From: Ylistrum balloti
Taxonomy: Eukaryota
Assembly: GCF_031769215.1 (NCBI RefSeq)
Contig: NW_026782027.1
Span: 248,001-312,000, forward strand
Length of the DNA stretch: 64,000 bases
Direction of reading: 5' to 3'
The translations under genes were made by a program, and so were the position numbers. Positions 1-12,241 of this stretch are shown one piece after another. How positions within the stretch are numbered: position 1 is the first letter of the stretch; each line of letters starts with the position of its first letter. The notes below the pieces were generated by a model. That model saw nothing but the letters and a program-made list of their open reading frames with translations, searched no databases and had not been told where the DNA came from.

Positions 1-636
1 TCTATATTGTCATACGTTATAGAATACAGACACTAGTGTATCGGGAGACACGCGCTTGGATTGGTATGATTCAAGGAACCTTGTATTAGAATGTTTCCGT
101 AACTTAATGATATTGTATGTCAGCAAACCTTTACCTGATGATGGAAAACTAGGATAACTACCCATACTTCGATTTGGACATTTTAACTGTAGTTTGGAAA
201 GGCATGAAATATGTGTTTATTGGATTAGAATAGGCATCTAGGGAGGTTAGCACTGTCATTTCTGAGTCGACAAGCATTGGTAGCCGTTCACAATCAATAT
301 GCCCGAAAATTAAAATCAATATCATATCTTAGTCAAAATTTAGGTCCTCGATGCGCCAAATATCTCACATTCAGTAATTGGACAAATCAATGTCAAAACA
401 TTAAGTACTGAAAACAATTTTTTTACATAAAAATACTGAAATACTGAAAAATGAGTCCTTATACCAGATATTTGAGTTTGTTGTATTTTATGTTATTTTG
501 GAAACATTATCACTTGCATTTGATTTAGATAAAATAAAAAGTTATCCAAATAAAGTCTATTTGCGTATTTTGTTTTCAAAAACAGCACAGTTTCCTTGAG
601 CGATAATTACAAGTCAATTAATGTGATGACTGTTTT

Positions 637-660
637 CATCATCATCATCATCATCATCAT
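637..660. repeat. (CAT)8 microsatellite
   Basis: Eight perfect CAT units read directly from the sequence. Confidence 0.95.
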
Positions 661-974
661 GACGGCAATAACGAGATTCCGCACGTTCTATAATTAACAA
701 TTACGTCAAACTTTGACACAGTTGTACAGATCAAAACGTTTCCTTACTAATTAAATTAATCCCGACTTAACTTTGTTCTTCTTTAATAAGCTTTTCTATT
801 TTTTAGGTCTAAAAACAACGCTGAGCAGCACTTGACAACATGCAGTTGTTGTATTTTACGGAATTATGATAGCAATATTACAGCACTTACACAACATTGT
901 AAAATCCTTATTTCGATGGTGAGCTAAGGAAGAACGCAATATGACAAATGAAGACATCAACAGAATGATATTAA

Positions 975-1200
975 AGACGACAACACAAAATCAAATGTGA
1001 AAAGATCAAAAGAGAGCAAAGACAACACCACAATTGAGACATCTAAAGCATACAATATTGAGACATTAAAAACAACAATACCACTGTGAGATCAAAGACA
1101 ACAACACAACAGTGATATTTAAAAGACAGTTACAACACAATCAGATACCAGACAGCAACACCAACAATAAAACATCACAACCAAGAAATCAACAGAAAAC
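975..1200. repeat. Degenerate A/C-rich tandem/low-complexity repeat
   Basis: Recurring GACAACA(C)/GAGACAT/AAAGAC motifs at roughly 30-40 bp spacing. Confidence 0.55.
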
Positions 1201-4044
1201 AGCGAAGATTTTAAAAGGGGACGAAAAACAGGAGATAATTCTTTCTATAATATAACTCATCGCGAAATCAATTCGCAAATGTAAAACTGCATAAAAGTTA
1301 AATGACTTAAACAAATAGAACAAATAGCTCACAATGAAAAGTGATATTTGACTATATATTGATTTCAAGTCTCAAACACATTGATTCCGCTTGATTTCTT
1401 CCCCCATGAAAACATACTAGATTGGCGTTAATACCGCTCGAAGAAGTTAAGAAGTTCAAACGAGAAACATTATTCGGATTGATCTGCAGGACCATCTGAT
1501 TGTTCTGAGTAATCGAATTCCGTTGTCGATATAATTTCATTGTCCGTTTTCCTATTTCTCATTTCCTTCTTTGTTTCCAAACTGTATTAATGCTGTTTTA
1601 CAATGAATTTATGGTTTGTTAATGATAAACACATAATGCTAATGCCTTCCTGTTTAGGTCTAGACTTACACAATATATCAAACATTTCTGCACTATTCTT
1701 TAAATATATGTAATCTGTTGATCAATTTTCCAAGGTGTTACATCCCACATTTTTCATCATGGACGATATGTCGAATGACAAGAATAAAACCGCAAAAATG
1801 AATAAATAAATAAGTGATGTGATCAGCCATAATGCTATGTTTTCCATTGAGCATTTGTTTCCCACTTCGAATTTTCAAACAATGAACTGCAAAAATGGAA
1901 AATTTCTGCTGAAATAGGGTCATCATCAGCTTCCTGTCTAGGAAATTGACACTCATCGAATAATCAACTCAGGCTTAGAAGGGTTTAAAATGCCATGACG
2001 TTCAGTGAAATAGATTGTCTAGAAAAAAAACTATACAACAATATAAAATATAAAACAATAAAGATTTAGTAAATTGCAAAGCGCAAAATGTTTGATTTAC
2101 CAGGATTGGCGAAAAACACATTAGACGAGACATCTTTGGATCGTGCTTGGAAGTGACGCTTACCCTTTTGGAACGTCTAATCTTATTGTCTTTGTACTTT
2201 ATAAATCTTAACTATTGATTCTTAGATCTTTGTTTTGTTTATATTTGGCCCTCGTGTAATGAATTTAAAGTTAAAATTTAGATTCTGCTGACATGTATGG
2301 TATCTTCTTTGCTGATTTTGGCAAATTGATCCTTTAGGTCAAAATTCGAAAAGAAAAAAAAATACTCTAAACCCTACCTCACTAATACTGGGGTTGAAAA
2401 GTTTGTGATTTTATTGTATCCATGAACGTATATATGCCAGAATATTATGTCACACAAACTTATGTATGGCTTATCTACATTTATTAATAGTGATTTTATT
2501 TGAATAGCATGCTCCTGCTAATTTTGTATGAGACTCGCTCATAATTATATACAGACCATGAATGTTCTGACTAGCGTGTCTTAACTTCTGCGACTCTGAG
2601 GGCTTGTAATTTGACCTAATTAGAATGACGTGTGGGACCAATTAAAGGAACGGTATTTATACCACCCTAACTCGACGCGCGTTAAAAGTCTTGTTTCAGA
2701 TGATGAAGGTTCGGAAACCAGCATTACTATGCTTTATACTCCAAAAGAAGACGGGTAATGCTAGTTAACAGCGGAAGATATATCCGTTTTGCGAAAACCA
2801 GTTTTATCCTCTTTAGGCAAGTTCGCTCAGAGAGCAGTAGACACGTGTATTTTGTTATGAATACATATCTCCTACACTAAAACAACAAAGACGCTTAAAG
2901 ATAAAAGAAACCTGCGAGCATGTTTTCTTCTATGTCTTATATACACTATTTAAAACCATTCACTTTTTACACCAGTATATGATTACAAAGGACCAACAAT
3001 TATGTTCAAAATGTAGAAACCAGATAAATATAAAACCGACAACGAAAAAACTGACGTGTCATCATGTTTGTCAGCTTGTCAATTTACTGCATAGTTAGAA
3101 ATACGTTTTTTGTGTAATATAGCGTCTTCGGTCGTACATTGTTCATTTCTGAAGCTAATATTTTTTCAATATTTTAGAATGAGAAATGAGAGACAAATAT
3201 TCTTTCGTATATCGGGGTGAAGGATGGACTATTTCACTCTCATGGTCACAAAATGTGGTAAAACCCTCGGCAAAGTCTCCGGTTTTACGACATTTTGTGA
3301 CTTCTAGGGTTGATTATTCTACATCCCGACACATGATAGAGTCTGATATCATTACATACCTGTTATGCAGTGAATTCGCCCACGTAATATTTTTGCGTAT
3401 ATGACACTAGTGAGATATACCCTGGTGCATGTTTCATCGTCGGCGCCCTTCCGAACTTGATTGTGATATCGTAAAATCGACAATGACGTTCATCACGCAT
3501 TGAAAATGGCGCAAAAATGGCTGCCTGCGTCTGATTTCATTCTCCACGTCTTTTACTTTTAAACTGTAAACATTCAAAATGTAACTTTTTTGAGTTATGT
3601 GATGAAAAGAATCTTGTTTTCATTCCAATGCGTGTTAAAATAAAATTTCTAAGACTTAATAAAACCATACAGGAAATGAAAACTCATTTACGCAATTAAG
3701 CAGTATTGATGCACTGTTTGTTAAGTCAAAGTGATTTATATAAAAGATAAAATATTGATAAGGTAATCGAAGACTATATACTATATTACCTTTTATTGAC
3801 TCTTAAGAAGTAAACATATATTAATGTGTGTAATAAATTAAGATCCTGCTGTTATTTCTAATTGTAAATAATCACCCAAACGTGAATATGTACCTTGGGA
3901 TTGCATTCACGTATCTTTTATGATATTGCAAATAGGTTTAATGGATTAGATTCAAATAAAATCTCGGGTGGAACCAAAATGTAGACATTTTGTCTGCTGT
4001 CATGCAAATTTGATATCTATATATCTATGGACTGATTTGGGGAA

Positions 4045-4920
4045 ATGTTTCGTCCTTCAAACGTCTTTCTTTTTATTTGGGTGATGTCAAACTTTCTGTT
4101 TTGCATGATCGCGCTTATTGGTGTCTTCTTTTTTTGCGTGAAATCAATTCATGTTGTCTATTCTTCTGTTTCGCTATGTACGCTGTACCTGTTACATTCT
4201 TACCTTTCGTTTTGGTATGTACGTATTTGTGTTGTTGTCTTCGTTTCTGTTTCCTATCTTCGAGGTTCATGATGCTGTCTTCCCTTCTGTTTTGGTATAC
4301 ACGCTGTTGCCATAATTGCTTTTCTTTCTGATTCGGTATGTATGCTGTACCTGTTATTGTCTTTTATTATGTTTCGACACTTGCAATAACCATGCAGATG
4401 CTTTACCTTCTGTTTTGGTTTGTACACTGTTATTTTCTTTTCTTCTGTTTCGGAATTTACGCTGTTGTTGCCTTCCCTTCTGTTTCGGTATGTACGCAGT
4501 TGCTTGTGTTGACTTTTCTTCTGTTTTGATAAATTCGCTGTTATTATTGTTACTTTCCTTTTTTCGTATGTATGCTGTTCGTTTTGTTGACTTCCCTTCT
4601 CTTTCGGTATTTTAGCGGATCGTGTTGGTGCTTTCTCTTTTGTTTCGATATTGGCATTATTCCTTTTTATTACTTTACATTCGGTTTCGGCATGTAAGCT
4701 GCTAGTGTTGTTGTCTTGGTAAAATGCTTTTCTGTTTTAGTGTGTTGCTGTTGCTGTTTTCTGCTATCCTTCAATGTGCACTTGGTTGCTATCTTTTTTA
4801 ATTCGGGCATATACGCGTTGCTTGCTGTGAAAATCCTTTCTGTTTCTGGTGCACTGTTCCTTCCGCTGCCTTCCTTTCTGTTTCGGAAAGTACGCGGTAT
4901 CAATTGGTGTCTTCTCTTTT
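4045..4920. repeat. Degenerate T-rich minisatellite (~40-45 bp unit)
   Basis: Many imperfect copies of CTTCTGTTTCGGTATGTACGCTGTT(G/C)TTG. It explains the cluster of F/C/V/L-rich spurious ORFs here. Confidence 0.8.
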
Positions 4921-6631
4921 CTGACAGCGGTTCATTTCGATTTCAATGTCCGATATGACACAGAAATAGCTGATATGCATCAGAAAAAGGTATTGTCTAA
5001 TATAATAATATATCTTCTTTATAAAGAAATGACATCATATTGAAAAATCGAATTCATAAAGCTACTAATGCTGGTGACATACAAGTAAGAAAAGCGGATT
5101 GCGGTACAATATCGTTGCATATTATGTTGAATAGAATTAAACTGACGATATCTGAAACAGTAGAATCAGATATATTCTGAGTAAAAGAAAAGCGATGTAA
5201 AAGAATATTTCATGTAAACGTTGTTATACATCTAAGATATGGTCACCAAACCGGTGGTTATGATAGTAATACTGCAATGTTACGATGTCATGGAACGAAA
5301 AAAGTCCCACAAATCGAATCGAATTGAATTTTGTGTAGATAAATCGCTGTATCGTGTACCGGGAGAAGTAGATTATCCAAATATAATACTGTGCTTTTTG
5401 TTTTTTGTTTGTTTAAGTTTTTTGTTACAGAGAGATTGGGCAACAGCACATTAATCGACTAACAAAATTAATTTCCATAAGAATCAAATAACATGTGTAC
5501 ATTTAAATTATAGTAATGATCAACTAGCTTTGATTTGTTGTCCACTTTTGATATTAATAAACATCCAATCAATCGCCTGTTTACAAAATATGATGCAGTG
5601 TTCCATTTTGTCAGATTGACCCATCACCAATATCTCATCATTTCATATTTGTCGTTTTTATAAAAAGCGCTGGGAACGAATTACATTTAAAATATTTATG
5701 GAATGATATTGGAATAATCATTACGTCGTCCCTAACCATCGAAATATTTTAAATCCTATCATCTTAACATTAATGATATCATATCAATCATTCTAATAAT
5801 CATACTATAGTTAAAGCATGTATGACGTCATAATTAATCATAATAAAAACATTAATGAAACGTATTTGTAGTTTGAAATATAATGGGCTGAAAAAGGTAA
5901 CGATACTGTAAAAATATATATTTCAGTGAAAGTCTTATTTTTGTTCTTTTTATGCTAAAAAAAACATACGCTAAAGTAAATGCATGTTGTGTATACATCA
6001 ATTGTTAGGAATGTGGGAATTCAATCACAACAGTACTGTTCAGTTTTCAAAAAGTACTGACATGTTAAAATGAAACTAAGTCAAATTAAGTACGTGTACA
6101 ATATTAAAATATATCAAAAAAAAAAAATTGTCATTAACTCACTAGCATCGTCATCAGCCTCATTTCGTCGACTTGTGTCGTTCTCGTCACACATTTACAC
6201 CGTTATATCAAGCTTATTCATATACGAAGGAGGTATTAAATCAATATAAGATTACGTTCGTCACGTACGTAGTGAAGTAGTAGTGTGGCTTATAAAATGA
6301 GAAAAATTCCGGAAACTTGACTCAGTCTCGTAATTATGTTGTCTATAAATAACCAGTTATATGGGAAATCTGTTTTTACTTTTTTTCCACGAACTAATAA
6401 CATTTACAAATACTTATATCTCAAGTACACATAGAATTTTTTTAAACGAGAGAAATGTTTTAAAACACTTGTCATCAATCATTATCACTTTTACAAGGGT
6501 TCTGGTCATTCCAGATCCTAATTCTATGATACCCAAAATGACTTTTATATGCGTATTTTAACAACGAATAGATCTCTGTAAAATTGATTGTTCTTTATCA
6601 TTTTTTTGCACATGCAAATCTTTTGGATTCT

Positions 6632-6638
<7 letters not shown>

Positions 6639-6682
<44 letters not shown>
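6639..6682. repeat. (TA)22 microsatellite
   Basis: Perfect TA run. Confidence 0.97.
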
Positions 6683-6683
<1 letters not shown>

Positions 6684-7561
6684 TCTCAATTGTATATATA
6701 ATTATCTTATCATAGTATTTGTGAAGTATTACCACGGGGATATATATATTTATATGATGACTTACATTTTGTGGAAATAACATAATGGATAACTATGATT
6801 TAAACAGTGTCTTTTAATAGTAAAGATCACGTGATAAGAGTGTAGAAACAATTTTTGATTGTCATCGTGGTATTTGTTTCCGGGAAAATAAATAATTTTA
6901 AGCATTCTGTCCTTGTTTTAAAGGGACCATATCTCATTTGTTATAACACACTTTTATAATTTAATTATTCATCATCTAAATGCTGAGTTGACATCATACA
7001 ACATTTATAGGGTAATTTACGGAAAAGTCACACAAAATCAGCTTCCCATCGAATTTCTGTTGGTTTTCTAGAAAAAATTTGAATTTTCATCGACACCAAT
7101 CGAAATTAAAAATATTAACTCATGTTAAATTTTTATTATTTTTAATGTTAATCAGCTATACTTGGAAAAAAATAAACTAATATTTCAAGATTATAACGAC
7201 GAAGTCAAAATAATCAGAATCTGTTTCTTTAAAACCATTTGTTAATTGGTATATAAATAGTTTATTATCCCGTGACTTTTGACTTTTTAAAGTGCAATTT
7301 ACACGGCAAACAACCCAGGATTTGCCGATCTCCAAGTACCTCTCTCAGCTAGGGCGAATTTCATTCGAGGGTTTTTAGGTTCAAATTTCACCTTATATAA
7401 CAACGACCAAATTCTACACATGCTGTTTAATATGTAGAAACACGCTCTGCAGTTTTTTTTCTTCAAATCTAGTTACTAGGTTGCTTGCATTACCATGTTA
7501 ATATAGGCTGCGCGGTTTTTGTCCTATTCTTATCGAAGCTTAGCCTTATAAATTACCGCGA

Positions 7562-7571
7562 GTCACGTGAC
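7562..7571. promoter_or_regulatory. Palindromic E-box GTCACGTGAC (USF/TFE-type) in a candidate promoter
   Basis: Perfect 10-bp palindrome. It lies next to a CpG-enriched stretch, a CAG|GTAATT donor at 7685/7686, a YY1 consensus at 7813-7824 and a GC box at 8037-8046. Confidence 0.5.
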
Positions 7572-7579
7572 TACACCTA

Positions 7580-7685
7580 GAGCTATCGGTATCACTGCCG
7601 TTCACTGCGACCTACAGGGAAGCTCTCCACGTAAACACGAGGATTACAAATATCCAGCCGGAGGCAAATTTTTCTTGGTGTACAG
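7580..7685 (+). other. Candidate non-coding first exon
   Basis: Follows the E-box and ends at CAG|GTAATT, followed by T-rich intron-like sequence. The start coordinate is approximate. Confidence 0.35.
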
Positions 7686-7812
7686 GTAATTTTGTATTAA
7701 TATTTTCTGTTTATATCTGAGTTTTTCTTGTATAAATGTTAGTAGGATGGCCATATTTTATATTTTCTCTATCAATGCGAAGTTATGCGGAACGTCTCTG
7801 TGTGTATCTCTA

Positions 7813-7824
7813 CAATATGGCGGC
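7813..7824 (+). promoter_or_regulatory. YY1 consensus site CAATATGGCGGC
   Basis: Matches the canonical YY1 motif AANATGGCGGC, which typically lies just downstream of a TSS. Confidence 0.5.
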
Positions 7825-10800
7825 CGACAGACGAACCAGTGTATTTACGTGTAGTTGTTGACATTTTATAAATTTAAACGTAAACATGAAACAAAGATAT
7901 GAGTCGGGATATATCAAGTATATTTTACTTCTTGTATTTTCGATATGGTAGAATTTATAATTATCTATTCGCATTGAATTTTCTTAATTAATTTATCAGC
8001 TATATGTAAATGTACTGGCATTCTGCCACGACTAGGCTCCGCCCCCATAACTGAGCAGACGATATTTCATGTGTTGTGTATGACATGTACACACACAGTC
8101 TCGCCACCGGCCGATACATGCACAGGGTGTTTGCATGCATGTGTGTGTGTATACTAGGTGCTACATTTAAACGTTTATTCGATAAAAAGCCTGTGTACAT
8201 AGAGTCGTGTTCGTCGCCAGAATTTGCACACACTTACCAGTGCATATGGACGGAAAATATGTCAGTGTGTTTCTACTGTTGGCGTGTTAAACTTGAGTAA
8301 CCGAGCTGTCTGAGTGAAACAGACCGCTTATTGGATGTATTACACAAAACTCATTAAGAAATGTTTGTAAAATAGTACAAAACGATTTGTTTTCAAATAT
8401 CTATATACGTATATTATGACCCATCATAATTCATTGTATTTAAACCTGATTTGAAACAAATACTTCCCTGTGTTGGCTGGAAAACCACGGATTAATGATT
8501 TGTCTGGGAGTGTTGGATTGTACTCGAGTCAAAAAATATAATAGTATTAGAATAGATCAAGTGATAGCATTATCAGCCTTGAAACAGATGGTTTCGGGTT
8601 GATTTTATTAGCTTTTACATCTCAGCCTTAATAAGACTGGATGGTTTGACTGAGGGCTGCATGGAAATTAAGCAAGGACCCATGTATTGTTCTCTAGTGT
8701 CGAGGCATGCTTGGTTGTGTTGGTATTCTGCAGTTATCGATTAACAGTGCAGTTTGGGCTACGGAGAATTTAAGGATACCTTAATTATTTCCTTAATTAC
8801 TTTCTTTTTTATTTCTGGTGGAATTTAGAATTATATTCCCTGAAAGCAAAGGGATATCATTTGGGATTTTTTATTGATGCACAGACTAACAAGTTCGGGC
8901 TTGCTGACGCTGAGAGACTGGAGATTTTTACAACAGTTACTTAGAATGGTGGGAAAATCTGAAGAAATTTAAGTAGGTCTTGGCCGATAATTGGATTTTA
9001 TCTTCTGTGTCCTTGACGGATGTCGTGTAATTTTGAGAAGTGGTTAACTGAACTTCGTAGAAATGATTACGAGATTAATATAGGACGCGTTTACAAGGGA
9101 TATACACTACATTGTGTGTATGTTTAAAACAATAGTGGATTTATTCAAACCAGTGGACTTTAGTCTGTCTGAAAGTGACAGACCCAGTGTATACGTAAAT
9201 CTACATAAAAAGAATGTGGTTCGGAAATATTAGTCATGACAGTGAAATATCAAAAAAAAAAAAAAAGGATACATTTTACGTCATCCGACATGTGATGTTC
9301 CAAACTACTTCGTGTCAATCGGTGCATCTTCTACTGATGATTTTTGGATTTATCAGATAGTCATTCAATCAGCTATTGTCAAAAAAGTCGTCAATTTGCT
9401 AAACACATATACCTTTCTTAGTTATAAGTATTAAATCACACAAAATCACTTCACCATTACTTTGGCTACACACGAAGTTTATTTAGAAACTCGCCAGCCG
9501 ATGCTATCTAAGCGATACACGGACAGAGCACTCACTGCAATCGAGTGACAAGTCATTCTTCTGTTTCGTAGCTTTACAGTAGCCTCTGTTATGTATACCT
9601 GATGAGAGATATAGATGAACTTCCTGTGTTCTAATCGCCCTTAGGACCGAAATCTTGTTGTGAATTAGATTGAAAAAAACCTTCTGATAGGCGTGCGTCA
9701 TAAATGGGAACAAATGTTAAAAGAAAAAAATATGTGGATATAGCTTCCTGTCTCCAATGTTTGTTGGAGAGATGAGACCGTCAAATTTTAAAGTAGAAGG
9801 TAAATTTCCTAAACCGGATTCATGATATGGCAGCTCTACCGTTACATATTATTTCCGTATCTAAAACAAGAATTCTAATTGCGTGAATTTTCAGAAAGTC
9901 ATCACTAATTAGAATTGCTCAGTATCAATAATTCATCAAAACCAACAAAGACGCAGATACCGTTCTGGTTGAAAGGAATTCAAATTGGGATCCTTTTGAA
10001 AGCAGAAATCCATTAACATATATACCTTCAAGGTCTCGTGCTGCACCGTCTCTATTCAGCTCTTAAATTGTTAAAACCTTTTCCAGTGAAGATACAAGTT
10101 AAGATTCCCTCATTGAGGATGTGAAATATCTGACTGTATTGACAGTTTTGCCGAGTTAGACTGGAAACCGTTATTTAAGAACATAATACAGTTCTGAGGT
10201 GTTCTATTTTGATAAGTTGATGTATGGGATTTCCTAAGCTAACTTACACCCCAGTTTCTACATACCCCATTAAAAAGCCAAGGTGTTAGACACTTGCATT
10301 TATCACTTAACCGCATACGACAATTTCTCCGTAAAACTCAATTGTTTTTCGAACAACGTTATACAAACCTGTATTTTTCATTTATCAATGATTTCGCTTT
10401 AGAACGAGTTTCGTTTGGTCAATACTAAACATAGTTTTGACAGGGATATATCAAAATATGATTTGACCTGTGTTGGGACTTGATTTAAATAAGGATCAAA
10501 CATATTTTCTCCTCAACCTAGCACATGACTGTAGTCTCGAGCAAATAGAAGGCTTGTAGAAAGCTATTTAAAACCAAATCAATTACATTGTACAATGCGA
10601 ACGATACATGGTCTTTTGATCATCAAAGCCTGCACGTTCTATCATAACAACGCGCGGCGGTTCACAATTTTTATGAAAATTCACAAGGGCGCAGAACTGG
10701 AAAGTTCACAAGAAGGGTGGATTGTAGTTGGTGTGGGTAAAATCCGAGGGATTTCGATTATGACTGTTGCCAAACATGATAATGCAGGTATTTTGAAACT

Positions 10801-12241
10801 GACTCGCCTTTAAAAGAATGGTCGAAATTGTCAACAGAAGCAAATTTGGTTTGACCAACATCATATGCTTTATCATGTCCATATGGCAATACAGATGCCT
10901 CTTAAAAATCGTTTTCCAAGTCACACTCTAAGTCGTACTTTTCGTGAAAGCGTGCGTCTGCTCATTTAGACGTCTAAATATAGACAGTTTTTTTTATTCA
11001 CATCTCCGTCCTGATTTATTACGGAATCTGAATAACAAAATCAAGACGTTTTGTTGTAACGTATTATTTCATTGTCAGACCAATACGATAACTCTTACGA
11101 CTTGCATGTCACATGTGAAATAGCATACCGCCCTAGCGAAGATCTGAATGGTCATCATTAGTCAGCAGTAAGAGCTACAATCATGATAACGCGTTTTACT
11201 GGTAAATATATGTAATGTAAGCTTTCCTAAATGTGACAAGGTGTATTCATAATAGGGACAATTAACGTACATGTCAATAGCCGAATTTGAAAGATGCAGT
11301 TTTATCGTGTGAAATCCAAGGTTCGGTGAATAATTCGTCGTGTTTCCTTTGTTACCTGCAGACAAACAACTTACAAATAAGATAGTAGTCATTCTAATAA
11401 TTTCCCCCCTTTCGGGTAAAACAAATCTGCACCGACTGACGAATTGACTACCTTAATGCAACGCACAAAGAAAAAATAACATGTTTGTATTTAGTCATAA
11501 AATCAGACGAAGTATTCCAACGCCATGTTCCAAAACCCATGCTCTCGGTAAAATCACCTTTTATTTTACGCTTGAAGTATGATATTGCAAAAAATGTCAC
11601 ATGCGGTTAGCTATTTTATTGATTTCGGGTCATTAAATTTTCTTTCAATGGTTACAAGCAAAAAAGGCAATCCGAACTAAAGCCATCATTTTTTTATATT
11701 TATGATGCCGTTTTCTTTTACTTGTATTCGAGTGATCTCAGGTATTCGCTTTCCCCTGTAGTTTCTAAACAAGTCGCCTACTTCCATACGAAGGATGTCA
11801 CATTCAGAGCTTCTGACGTTCCAAGGGTTCGATGAGGCTAAAGAACTTACTAGAGCTAGCGGTGGGAACTGTCAGAGATACAGGAAAATGTATCCAACTA
11901 TCATTTTTTGTGATCAAATCCTATGCATTTCGGAAAGAAGTAAGAAAATAGGGTAGCGATTTAAGCAATGCTTCTCTTTGAAGAACGCCCCTTTTTCTCA
12001 TTAACTTAACACCATGCCATATACCATTTAGTAACAAAAGTACATTGTTGTTGTTAATTGTTTTTGGAGTTTGGAAGACTTTCAAAAAGTATGAAAAGTT
12101 TCGCTGAAAGTTAAAAGAAATTCTGCTAATACTCACTGGCGTTGGGGTGAAAATTATATACCTATTTTGTGAAATAATTTAATCGCGAATTATAGTTAAG
12201 ATATCCCCGACATTTCTCTAACATATAGTGGGATATTTGCC

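Noticed and set aside
3290-3790. Possible non-autonomous DNA element carrying YY1-like AAAATGGCG motifs
   Set aside because: It looks repeat-like, but I could not define termini or a second copy in the window.
4045-4958. Cys/Phe/Val-rich ORFs as membrane proteins
   Set aside because: They are translation products of a T-rich degenerate minisatellite.
10595-10924. Overlapping 72-aa ORFs on both strands
   Set aside because: No family similarity and no splice sites, and the length is expected by chance.
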